From Bacillota bacterium (GTDB taxonomy: Bacteria; Bacillota; Clostridia; Tissierellales; Dethiosulfatibacteraceae): 62,648 nucleotides of DNA. Shown piece by piece: positions 9,504 through 17,922 of the stretch. The stretch spans positions 1 through 62,648 of the forward strand of contig JAWSUU010000001.1 in NCBI GenBank assembly GCA_033549325.1, written 5' to 3'. The notes under the pieces were generated by a model. The model saw only the letters and a list, made by a program, of their open reading frames with translations. It was not told the origin of the DNA and made no database searches. The position numbers were made by a program, and so were the translations under genes. Position 1 is the first letter of the stretch. Every line of letters begins with the position of its first letter.

Positions 9504-10251
9504 TTAAACTCTCTCCTTCTTTGCCCATTCTTTTTTGTACTGCACCACTTTGTAATAGAAGGTTAATAGGACAGTTATAGACATCTTTTAAACTATCTTC
9601 TGTAATAGATTTATCTTCATCATGATAGTGAATGTTTTGATTAACACATGCTAAACTATCAATGTATTTAAATACATACTCCATATCGTGAGTTATAACT
9701 ACTACTGTTTTATTTTTATTTAGTTCTTTGAGCAAATCGAATATTTCCCTTTTTGCATCGCTATCTAAACTTGAAGTAGGTTCATCCAGTAATAATACAT
9801 CTGGATTATTTACTAATGTTCTACCGATTAAAACACGTTGAAGCTGGCCTCCTGACAATTCTCCAATCTGTCTATCTTTTAAATTGTAAATGTCCAGTTT
9901 TTTCATTATATCTACTGCTTCTTCTTTATCTTTTTTAGAATACTTTTTAAATGCTTTAAAGGTTTTATCAAGCTTACCCATTAGTATTACGTCTTTGACC
10001 AATATAGGGAAACTTTTATCAAAACTCGTGCTTTGAGGTACGTAACCAATTTTAATATTATCTTTAACTTTTACACTTCCTGATATAGGTTTAATCAATC
10101 CTAAAACAACCTTAAATAAAGTAGTTTTTCCACCACCATTAGGTCCTATAATACCTAAAAAAGATTTGTGTTTTATATTAAGATTAATATCTTTTAGTGC
10201 AATTACCTCACCATAATTAACCTGTAAATTTTTTATTTCTATATCATACAT
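9496..10251 (-). CDS. znuC: zinc/metal ABC transporter ATP-binding protein
   Basis: 251 aa. Walker A GPNGGGKTT, signature LSGGQLQR, Walker B LLLDEP. Confidence 0.85.
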   Translation of the reverse strand: MYDIEIKNLQVNYGEVIALKDINLNIKHKSFLGIIGPNGGGKTTLFKVVLGLIKPISGSVKVKDNIKIGYVPQSTSFDKSFPILVKDVILMGKLDKTFKAFKKYSKKDKEEAVDIMKKLDIYNLKDRQIGELSGGQLQRVLIGRTLVNNPDVLLLDEPTSSLDSDAKREIFDLLKELNKNKTVVVITHDMEYVFKYIDSLACVNQNIHYHDEDKSITEDSLKDVYNCPINLLLQSGAVQKRMGKEGESLND

Positions 10252-10261
10252 TTTCTATCAC

Positions 10262-11164
10262 CTACTTTAAAACCTGTGCAAATTTATCTCTAATTTCATA
10301 CATGTTATTGATATAATCCCCTGATAAAGGATTTACCTCTACTGCTTCTCCATCTATTTCATCGGCTATAATTTTAGCCTGGCTGCTGTCAAATTCATCT
10401 TGATAGAAAACTACCTTTATATCATTAGCTTTAGCAAAATCTACAACATTTTGAATTCTGATAGCTGTAGCTTCTTTACCAGCCTCTTCTATTGTTATCA
10501 TTTCAAGACCATAGTCTTTTGCAAAATAACTAAAAGCAGGATGATAAATAATAAAAGCTTTTGTATCTAGCTCTTTAAATGTGTTTATTAAATCTCTATC
10601 TAATTTTTCCAATTCATTAATATACTCTTGTGCATTATCAGTGTATTTAGATTTGTTATCTGAATCAATTTCCACCATATAGTCTCTTACGGCTTCAACT
10701 ATTGTAATAACTCTTTTAGGTGACAACCATATATGCGGATCTATATCTCCCTCATCATGATCGTGATCATCATTGTGTTCTTCTTCTATGTATAAAAGTT
10801 CATGTTTTTCTTTTACCTTTTTCTGTAAATCAATTAATTCCATATCTTCATTAAAATCCTTCAATTTAGGAATTATAAAAGCCTTTTCACTTTCTACTCC
10901 TATAGAAAAATAAGCATCTCCATTACTTATATCTTGTATTTCTCTAGGACTTGGTTGATAGTTGGCAGGACTATATCCTTGAGGGATAACTACTTTGATA
11001 TCTACAAGATTTTCAGTTACTTTCTCCACAAATGTCTTTTGGGGCTCTATTGATACAATTATATTTATCCTATTTTTATCTTCTTGGGATTTATCTATCG
11101 AACTATTGCCGCATCCAACCATAAAGGAAACCAGGATAATAATTATAATTATTGATTTTTTCAT
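10262..11164 (-). CDS. znuA: zinc ABC transporter substrate-binding lipoprotein
   Basis: 300 aa. Lipoprotein signal peptide with lipobox (FMVGC). His/Asp-rich loop EEHNDDHDHDEGDIDPH, typical of ZnuA/AdcA. Confidence 0.8.
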   Translation of the reverse strand: MKKSIIIIIILVSFMVGCGNSSIDKSQEDKNRINIIVSIEPQKTFVEKVTENLVDIKVVIPQGYSPANYQPSPREIQDISNGDAYFSIGVESEKAFIIPKLKDFNEDMELIDLQKKVKEKHELLYIEEEHNDDHDHDEGDIDPHIWLSPKRVITIVEAVRDYMVEIDSDNKSKYTDNAQEYINELEKLDRDLINTFKELDTKAFIIYHPAFSYFAKDYGLEMITIEEAGKEATAIRIQNVVDFAKANDIKVVFYQDEFDSSQAKIIADEIDGEAVEVNPLSGDYINNMYEIRDKFAQVLK

Positions 11165-11177
11165 TTTTCACCTCTTA

Positions 11178-11206
11178 TTGCAAATCATTCGCATTTATAT
11201 TATAAT
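11178..11206 (+). promoter_or_regulatory. sigma-A-type promoter of zur
   Basis: TTGCAA (11178..11183), 17 nt spacer, TATAAT (11201..11206). Confidence 0.55.
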
Positions 11207-11216
11207 TTAATTATAA
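11200..11216. promoter_or_regulatory. perfect 17-bp palindrome, candidate Fur-family (Zur) operator covering both -10 boxes
   Basis: TTATAATT-T-AATTATAA. It overlaps the -10 hexamers of the divergent zur and znuA promoters. Confidence 0.5.
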
Positions 11217-11238
11217 GTTAAAGGAGTTTTTATTTCAA
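11210..11238 (-). promoter_or_regulatory. sigma-A-type promoter of znuACB
   Basis: Reverse strand: TTGAAA (11238..11233), 17 nt spacer, TATAAT (11215..11210). Confidence 0.55.
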
Positions 11239-11257
11239 CTAAATTTTGGAGGTTTCT

Positions 11258-11683
11258 ATGAATTTAGATGATATTTATAGTATTTTAAGTGATTATGGTT
11301 ATAAATTAACCAGACAACGTAAAGTATTAATAGATATATTTATTAAAAAAAGAGATTTGTTTTTATCCGTTGAAGATATTCAAAATGAAATCAATAAAAA
11401 TGGTATGAATTTAGATTTATCAACAATATATAGGAATCTATCGGTTCTTGAGAATAGTAATTTAATATGTAAAATACAAAAGGAGAATTCTAATTTATAT
11501 AAAATTAGAACAACAAAAAAACATCATCATCATCTAATATGTAAAGGTTGCGGTAAGGCTGTAACTTTTGAATACTGTCCTACTGATGTTTTTACTAGTA
11601 TAGCGGAAAAAAATGGTTACACCTTTACTGATGATAAAATAGAATTGTACGGTTATTGTAATAAATGCAAAAATACCTTATAA
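11258..11683 (+). CDS. zur: Fur family transcriptional regulator, probable Zur
   Basis: Winged-helix N-terminus, an HHHH run, and CxxC pairs (CKGCG, CNKCK). ATG 11258 sits 5 nt after GGAGG (11248..11252), so I prefer it to the TTG at 11246 in the track. Divergent from znuACB. Confidence 0.75.
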   Translation: MNLDDIYSILSDYGYKLTRQRKVLIDIFIKKRDLFLSVEDIQNEINKNGMNLDLSTIYRNLSVLENSNLICKIQKENSNLYKIRTTKKHHHHLICKGCGKAVTFEYCPTDVFTSIAEKNGYTFTDDKIELYGYCNKCKNTL

Positions 11684-11706
11684 TATTGCTTTAGGAGGTG
11701 GAAAAA

Positions 11707-12045
11707 ATGCCATTTATCAATATTAAAACATACGATAATAACATGACTTTGGATTTAGATTATGTTGCACAGCAAATATCACAAAGTACGGGATTAGAAA
11801 TAGAAAGAATTTTTATAATTAAAGACATAATCGAAGATGATAAATTCTATAAGGGTACAGAAGATATAGCCCCTATTGTAACAGTTCGAATTTCTAAAAG
11901 AAACGGTAAGGAATTAATTCAAAAAATAATGAAGTCAATTGCAACAATTTTAGGAGAGATTTATAGAATGCCTGAAAAAGATATTATCGTATTATGCAAT
12001 CCTATAGAAGAAGATTACATTTATGTTAACGGAGAATTTAAATAA
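11707..12045 (+). CDS. tautomerase superfamily protein (tandem beta-alpha-beta, N-terminal Pro-1)
   Basis: Start moved to ATG 11707, after GGAGG. This gives MPFINIK... with Pro directly after Met, the hallmark of 4-OT-like tautomerases. The second half (PIVTVRISKRNGKELIQKIMKSIATILGEIYRMPEKDIIVL) looks like a 4-OT unit. Confidence 0.5.
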   Translation: MPFINIKTYDNNMTLDLDYVAQQISQSTGLEIERIFIIKDIIEDDKFYKGTEDIAPIVTVRISKRNGKELIQKIMKSIATILGEIYRMPEKDIIVLCNPIEEDYIYVNGEFK

Positions 12046-12050
12046 CATAG

Positions 12051-12083
12051 AAAATACCACAGCATTTGCTGTGGTATTTATAT
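12051..12083. terminator. bidirectional terminator between convergent genes
   Basis: ATACCACAGCA / TGCTGTGGTAT inverted repeat, flanked by an A-run and a T-run. Confidence 0.75.
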
Positions 12084-12099
12084 TTCTAATGAAAATTAT

Positions 12100-12534
12100 T
12101 TAATCCTTTAGCTTTGTTCCGCAATTTTGACAGAATTTTGCGTCATCAGGGTTTTTTTCTCCGCAATTTGGACATTCTATTTCCTTAGATTTCTCTACTA
12201 CTTCCGCCTCTTCAATTTCTTCAGTTTCTTCTGGTTCTTCGGCTAAACCTTCTTTTTCGATACTGTCTTTTTGTTCTTCTTTATCGTTAATTTGTTTTTC
12301 AATCTCCATTATGGATTCAAATTTCAAGTTAATAATTTTTTCATCTAGATTTCCATCTTTTAGCATATCATATACTACTTTTCCTAACTCATTTATTTCG
12401 TTCTTTTTGTCGTTTTTCAAAGACATTATCTGAGTTTGAAGTTTAGTCTTTTCAGCAATTTCTGCTGATTTCCTGCTAGCCTTGCTTACACCTTTATCTA
12501 TGTTCTTTTTTAGTTTGTCAAAAAAATCGCTCAT
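12100..12534 (-). CDS. zinc-ribbon domain protein with N-terminal coiled coil
   Basis: 144 aa. C-terminal CPNCGEKNPDDAKFCQNCG double-CxxC ribbon and an acidic linker. Confidence 0.6.
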   Translation of the reverse strand: MSDFFDKLKKNIDKGVSKASRKSAEIAEKTKLQTQIMSLKNDKKNEINELGKVVYDMLKDGNLDEKIINLKFESIMEIEKQINDKEEQKDSIEKEGLAEEPEETEEIEEAEVVEKSKEIECPNCGEKNPDDAKFCQNCGTKLKD

Positions 12535-12614
12535 ATGATTCCCTCCTTTTGACTCTTTCTTCTATTATATAATATTTTGAATTCTAATACAATTATATTG
12601 TATTTATTCAATAA

Positions 12615-13049
12615 TTAAGTTTCTAGGATTTTTTGGAGAGTAGCTTTAAAATTATTATCATCTTCGTCTTTTCGTTTTGATGGACCTTTAGTTCTTCCTC
12701 CAGCTTTTCTTATTTTTTGTCCCATGTATCTACTGTGGAGAAGATTGTCTATATTATCTTTTGTATATAAAAATCCGGAAGGATTAATAACAGCTTTTGC
12801 TCTATTAATTACTAGACTGGCTAGCCCATAATCCTGAGAAACAAGAATATCTCCATTATTAAACAGTTCTACTATTTTAAAATCTGCAGCATCATTTCCT
12901 TTAGACACTCGCACCACCTTAAAATCTCCCTGTATGTCGTGATCATAACTACATACTACAATAATTCCAATATCCAATTTTTTTGCTTCTTCTTCACATA
13001 TATTTCTAACTTCTTTTGGTGTTGCATCACCATCAATTATAATATTCAT
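12615..13049 (-). CDS. YaiI/YqxD family protein (UPF0178/DUF188)
   Basis: 144 aa. The N-terminal MNIIIDGDATPKEVR pattern and the size fit the UPF0178 family. Confidence 0.6.
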   Translation of the reverse strand: MNIIIDGDATPKEVRNICEEEAKKLDIGIIVVCSYDHDIQGDFKVVRVSKGNDAADFKIVELFNNGDILVSQDYGLASLVINRAKAVINPSGFLYTKDNIDNLLHSRYMGQKIRKAGGRTKGPSKRKDEDDNNFKATLQKILET

Positions 13050-13110
13050 ATTAACTCCTGTAAATAAGTAGGCTTTCTTAACAATTATTATACCATAAGT
13101 ATTGCTTCTT

Positions 13111-13590
13111 TTATTCTAGCTTGTTTTTTAGTGGATTTATTAATATTAGTGCTATAATTATTCCCACAGAAAATTGAAGTATATTGAAAGGTATATAATA
13201 TAAAGGGGAAATCACATTACCATATAGTATAAAGGCTTCGTATAGATAATATCCTATGACCATTATTAATCCCCCGGTTATCATAGTAATTACTTTACCT
13301 TTTTTATCTTTATTTTTAGCTTTTGATGCTATTAATGCCATAATACCTTTAAGTAAAAATGTAGCTGGAATATATATAGGATATCCGATCATATCAGCCA
13401 AGCTGGAACCTACAGCTGCTGCTGCAAAAGCATATCCCGGACTTAGTAAAAGCCCTGCTAAGAATACAGCCGCATCTCCAAAATTCAAATATCCTTGACC
13501 TATTGGAATTTTCACAACCATTGTAGTTACGAAAACTACTGCTGCCATCATTGCTGTCGTTGTTAGTTTTTTTGTATCGTAATTAGCCAT
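13111..13590 (-). CDS. ECF transporter S (substrate-capture) component
   Basis: Start moved to ATG 13590 (MANYDTKKLTTTAMMAAVVFVTT...) behind AAGGAG. About 160 aa with 5-6 TM helices, typical size and pattern of ECF S components. Divergent from a MocR regulator. Confidence 0.65.
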   Translation of the reverse strand: MANYDTKKLTTTAMMAAVVFVTTMVVKIPIGQGYLNFGDAAVFLAGLLLSPGYAFAAAAVGSSLADMIGYPIYIPATFLLKGIMALIASKAKNKDKKGKVITMITGGLIMVIGYYLYEAFILYGNVISPLYYIPFNILQFSVGIIIALILINPLKNKLE

Positions 13591-13693
13591 AGTAATTCTC
13601 CTTTTCTTTTTTATATTAATAGGATATAATATATTTGTACCTTTTAAAAGATACAGTTTATGACTTTTTGAGCAGTACAGATTGGAGATAATC

Positions 13694-15061
13694 ATGCTTT
13701 TAACTTTTTATGCTGATAAGGAAAATGATAAGACTATTTATATGCAGCTTTACGAATACCTAAAGGAAGAAATTATAAAAAACCATATTAAAGATGGCGA
13801 AAAACTTCCTTCTATTAGAGAAGCTTCTAAAATGTTTAAATTAAGCAAAACAACTATCGAAAATGCCTACTTTCAACTTTTGACAGAAGGTTATATTGAA
13901 AATAAATCCAGAAAAGGATACTACGTTATTCATTTGTCTGACTTTCAAATCAAAGGAGAAATAAAAGAAAGTAATAAAATATTTAAAAATATAAATATTG
14001 ATTTAGAAGAAAAGCATTATAAAAACGAAGATGTAGATCATTCTACTTTTGAAGTTAAGGATTGGAAAAAAATTTACAGTAGAGTTTTATTCACAAGAGA
14101 AAAGGAGCTTTACAGCTCCTCAGATTATCAAGGGGAGTATGAGCTGAGAAAAGAAATATCAGAATTTACAAATTTAGCACGAGGAGCAAATTCATCACCA
14201 GAACAAATAGTAATAGGCGCAGGAGTTCAGTACTTAATAGGTATCCTAGCAGGAATTATCAGAGAGGATTACAACAATGCAGCAGTGGAAAGTCCAGGTT
14301 ATGAAAAAGCTAGGTACATATTTGAAGACTACAGTTTTAATACTACCGAAATTCCCGTAAGAAATGATGGTCTTAATACGGAAATGCTTTATAAGTCTAA
14401 TGCGGATGTTGTATATGTTAGCCCATCCCATCAATTTCCTACTGGTAGCCTAATGCCCATAAAAAAAAGACTTCAATTATTAAATTGGGCAAAAGAAGAA
14501 AAATCATTTATTGTAGAAGATGATTATGATAGTTTAATTAGACACGAAAGCAAACCAGTACCATGTCTTCAAGGATTGGATAAAAATGATAGAGTGATTT
14601 ATTTAGGTTCTTTTTCAAAAATACTTCTTCCCTCTCTTCGGATTAGTTATATGATTCTACCAGTACGCTTATTGAAAAAATATAATGAAATTAAGAGCAG
14701 ATATACTCAAACTTCATCAAAAATTGAACAAATGGCATTAGAAATTTATATAAAAGAAGGATATTTACAAAAACATATAAATAAAATCAAAAGAATTTAC
14801 AAAAAAAAGATAAACTTAATACAAGAATATATAAAAAATTTCCAGGGAAATAAAATTAAAGTTTTAAGTGCTGACTCTGGTCTGCATATTGTATTAGAAG
14901 TTTTCACAAAAATATCTTCAAATTCTTTAAAAAAAGAATTTGAAGATAAAAATATTCTTATCAGAATTATCGAAGAAAAAAAATCTTCCTATATAATATC
15001 TTTGAGCTACAGCGGATTAGATTTTGAAGATATTGAAGTCTTCAAAGATTCTTTACTGTGA
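13694..15061 (+). CDS. MocR/GabR/PdxR-type regulator (GntR HTH fused to fold-type-I aminotransferase-like domain)
   Basis: About 455 aa. N-terminal winged HTH (LPSIREASKMFKLSKTTIENAYFQL) and a C-terminal aminotransferase-like domain with the SFSK lysine motif. ATG 13694 preferred over TTG 13682. Confidence 0.8.
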   Translation: MLLTFYADKENDKTIYMQLYEYLKEEIIKNHIKDGEKLPSIREASKMFKLSKTTIENAYFQLLTEGYIENKSRKGYYVIHLSDFQIKGEIKESNKIFKNINIDLEEKHYKNEDVDHSTFEVKDWKKIYSRVLFTREKELYSSSDYQGEYELRKEISEFTNLARGANSSPEQIVIGAGVQYLIGILAGIIREDYNNAAVESPGYEKARYIFEDYSFNTTEIPVRNDGLNTEMLYKSNADVVYVSPSHQFPTGSLMPIKKRLQLLNWAKEEKSFIVEDDYDSLIRHESKPVPCLQGLDKNDRVIYLGSFSKILLPSLRISYMILPVRLLKKYNEIKSRYTQTSSKIEQMALEIYIKEGYLQKHINKIKRIYKKKINLIQEYIKNFQGNKIKVLSADSGLHIVLEVFTKISSNSLKKEFEDKNILIRIIEEKKSSYIISLSYSGLDFEDIEVFKDSLL

Positions 15062-16180
15062 ATCTTCCTTCAAATCCATACTTATACCTTTTTTTTCCAG
15101 TTTTTCTTCTATATCTTCCTCTATAATTGTTTTAATTAATACTACTGTAGGTACTCCCAGTATCATTCCTAAAGGACCTGCTGCTACTGCCCCAACAGTT
15201 ACAGCTGTAATTACCCAAAAAGGACTAACTCCTATTGCTCTACCAACAATTTTAGGGTCTAAGAAATTACCATCTAACTGTTGAACGGCTAGTATTATTA
15301 TTAATGCAACAAGTGCTTTAGGGGGATCTATAAACAAAGCAACTATAATTACAGGTATAGAACCAAAGAAAGGTCCAAAGTAAGGTATCATGTTAGTAAA
15401 TCCTAATATAGTTCCCATCAATGCTGCATAGGGAACACCAAATATCCAAAATAGTATTATTAATATTATACCAACAATAAAGGAATCCAATATTTTTCCG
15501 TTAAAATAACTTTTAAAAATTTTGTTGCCTTGATTAAATGTGTTAATTATTTTATCTGCCTTTTCTTCTTCAATATATGCTTTTGTAAATTTTTTGCATC
15601 TATTTAACAAATCATCCTTTTCTATAAGCATATAAATTGAAATTATAAAGCTGGTGAATCCAGCTAAAATTCCTTCTCCTGTATTCCTAACTAAGCCGGC
15701 TCCAAATTCGGATACATACCTAAGTCCATTCATAATCTGGTCAGATAATTCACTGTTGAGTTCTCCAGTGGAATCAGTTATATAATTGAGTAAATTTCTT
15801 ATCATCTCACTTTCAGCATTGTTTTTAAGATTATTTAAAACATTGTTGAAATCGAAACTTCCGTTAACAACAAAATTATAAACACTGTTAAAATTCTGTA
15901 TGATTACCGGAACTAAAAATGATATTAATACAGTTATTAATCCTAGAATTAGCAGATAAGTAATAAAAATACTGAAATTTCTACTAAGTTTAATTCTAAA
16001 GTCTAAAAATTTAACTACAGAATCTAAAATGTAAGCTATAGCAAATGCTAGTAATACAGGTTTTACTATTGCTACTAAACGAGTTGCAGCATTGTTCCTG
16101 AAAAATAAAAACCCAATGAAAATAGCCAAAACTATCATAGGCATATAATTTTTTATTATACTTTTTGATCTTTTATCCAT
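15053..16180 (-). CDS. AI-2E family transporter (PerM/UPF0118)
   Basis: 375 aa polytopic protein with the usual C-terminal conserved block (PYFGPFFGSIP ... QQLDGNFLDPKIVG). Confidence 0.8.
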   Translation of the reverse strand: MDKRSKSIIKNYMPMIVLAIFIGFLFFRNNAATRLVAIVKPVLLAFAIAYILDSVVKFLDFRIKLSRNFSIFITYLLILGLITVLISFLVPVIIQNFNSVYNFVVNGSFDFNNVLNNLKNNAESEMIRNLLNYITDSTGELNSELSDQIMNGLRYVSEFGAGLVRNTGEGILAGFTSFIISIYMLIEKDDLLNRCKKFTKAYIEEEKADKIINTFNQGNKIFKSYFNGKILDSFIVGIILIILFWIFGVPYAALMGTILGFTNMIPYFGPFFGSIPVIIVALFIDPPKALVALIIILAVQQLDGNFLDPKIVGRAIGVSPFWVITAVTVGAVAAGPLGMILGVPTVVLIKTIIEEDIEEKLEKKGISMDLKEDSQ

Positions 16181-16263
16181 ATTTACCCCTACCTTCTTAA
16201 TGTTTATATTATAACATTAATGTAATTTCAATTCATTGTTTTTTTACATGTAAATATTAATAA

Positions 16264-16292
16264 TTGAAATTAGCTATTGAATCATGTAAAAT
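16264..16292 (+). promoter_or_regulatory. sigma-A-type promoter of the DUF1576-like operon
   Basis: TTGAAA (16264..16269), 17 nt spacer, TAAAAT (16287..16292). Confidence 0.5.
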
Positions 16293-16314
16293 ATTGTAGA
16301 TAAGGAGTGAATAT

Positions 16315-17571
16315 ATGGAAAAACAGAAAAAACAATTTAAATTAAATATGACTTATTACGTTTTAATTACCTTCAGTATTATTCAAATTATATTTGGATT
16401 AACTCAAGATTCTCCTATAGAAATAATCCTAGGTTTACAAAGCATACTTTCTAATCCAGATACATTAGTATCTGATTATTTTGGTATTGGAGGAATAGGA
16501 GCATCCTTTGTAAATTCAGGATTACTAACCTTAATGTTTTTATATATGCTTTACCGCATGAAGCACAGAGCTCACGGTGTTACTATTGCAGGCATTTTAA
16601 CTATCTCCGGATTTGCCTTTTTCGGAAAAAATCTTTTGAATGTTTGGTTTGTAGTATTTGGTGTATATTTGTATTCAAAATATCAAAAAGATAATTTTTC
16701 AAAGTATGTTGTTGTTGCATTGTTTGGTACAGCATTAGCTCCAGTAGCTACTGAGATAATGTTCAGCACCTTACTACCCTATCATATAAGTATCCCATTA
16801 GGGATTTTTTCAGGTATTTTGATGGGTTTTATACTTCCGGCACTAGCTACATCAATGCTGAATTTTCATCAAGGTTTCAACCTATATAATATAGGTTTTA
16901 CTTCCGGATTAGTTGGGACTGTTTACGTGTCTATTCTGAGATCTTACGGTTTTGTACCAGAGCCGAGATTTATTTGGACAACAGGTAACAATCTAAAATT
17001 TTCGATTTTTCTATCAGTTATATTTATAGGATTTATAATATTTGGAATATATACTAGAGATAGAAAATTATCTGAATTCAAAAATATATTTAAATATTCC
17101 GGAAGATTAATTACAGATTACGTTAAACTGGAAGGACTTCCCTTTACATTGATTAATATGGGATTAGCAGGACTTTTATCTCTTGTTTATATATTAATAA
17201 TAGGTGGAGATTTAAACGGTCCTACTATTGGAGGTATATATACAATAGTAGGTTTCGCTGCTTTTGGTAAAACTCCAAAAACCATAATACCTATTTTCTT
17301 AGGAGTTTTAATCGGTTCCCTAACTAAAACTTGGGGAATTAACGATCCTGCTATTCAGTTAGCTGCCCTTTTCGGAACAGCTTTAGCCCCTATAGCCGGG
17401 GAATTTGGTTGGATGTACGGTGTTTTAGCCGCCTTTGTACATTCTTCAGTTGTTTTAAACGTAGGATTTTTACATGGTGGCATGAATTTATATAACAACG
17501 GCTTCGCTGCTGGTATTGTAGCTGGTTTTTTACTTCCAATATTTGAAGCCTTTAGAAAGGATGAAGATTAA
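16315..17571 (+). CDS. polytopic membrane protein, DUF1576-like
   Basis: 418 aa with more than 10 TM helices. Internally repeated blocks (GTALAPVATE / GTALAPIAGE, YNIGFTSG / YNNGFAAG). The family assignment is from memory only. Confidence 0.45.
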   Translation: MEKQKKQFKLNMTYYVLITFSIIQIIFGLTQDSPIEIILGLQSILSNPDTLVSDYFGIGGIGASFVNSGLLTLMFLYMLYRMKHRAHGVTIAGILTISGFAFFGKNLLNVWFVVFGVYLYSKYQKDNFSKYVVVALFGTALAPVATEIMFSTLLPYHISIPLGIFSGILMGFILPALATSMLNFHQGFNLYNIGFTSGLVGTVYVSILRSYGFVPEPRFIWTTGNNLKFSIFLSVIFIGFIIFGIYTRDRKLSEFKNIFKYSGRLITDYVKLEGLPFTLINMGLAGLLSLVYILIIGGDLNGPTIGGIYTIVGFAAFGKTPKTIIPIFLGVLIGSLTKTWGINDPAIQLAALFGTALAPIAGEFGWMYGVLAAFVHSSVVLNVGFLHGGMNLYNNGFAAGIVAGFLLPIFEAFRKDED

Positions 17572-17912
17572 TGAAACATAAAAGAAAAAGAGTAATGAAA
17601 ATAATAGATGAAATAACAAATTTTCTTTTCTATGTTGGAGCTAAAAAAATCAGCATTGACTATGAAGAAAATGATGAAGGATTTTTAATTACCTTGGAAG
17701 GGAATTATAAAAAAGAAAAAATAAAGGAAATCTATAATTTAGTTAAATATCTGAATTATGAAAAAGAAGAGGAAATGGAAGAGTACTACTGGGAACTTTC
17801 AGGTAACTATGATATGGATACTGAGCTTACTTTAGTAGGTATGATGACCGATGATGCAAAGGTTTATTACGACAATGATAAAGTTACAATATTTTTAGTA
17901 AGATATAAATAA
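17571..17912 (+). CDS. hypothetical small acidic cytoplasmic protein, translationally coupled to the DUF1576-like gene
   Basis: 113 aa. The start ATG overlaps the upstream stop (TAATG at 17569..17573). No recognisable motif. Confidence 0.5.
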   Translation: MKHKRKRVMKIIDEITNFLFYVGAKKISIDYEENDEGFLITLEGNYKKEKIKEIYNLVKYLNYEKEEEMEEYYWELSGNYDMDTELTLVGMMTDDAKVYYDNDKVTIFLVRYK

Positions 17913-17922
17913 GGGATGGCTA

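Noticed and set aside
11179-11193. Imperfect 7-1-7 palindrome TGCAAAT-C-ATTCGCA as the Zur box.
   Set aside because: It has one mismatched pair and only weak similarity to the TCGTAAT-N-ATTACGA consensus. It overlaps the -35 box and spacer of Pzur only. The neighbouring perfect 17-bp palindrome covering both -10 boxes is the better operator candidate. I keep it as a possible auxiliary site.
13591-13695. A 35-codon N-terminal extension of the ECF S-component ORF.
   Set aside because: The extension has no RBS and would consume the whole divergent control region shared with the MocR gene. ATG 13590 has an AAGGAG RBS and gives a normal-size S-component.
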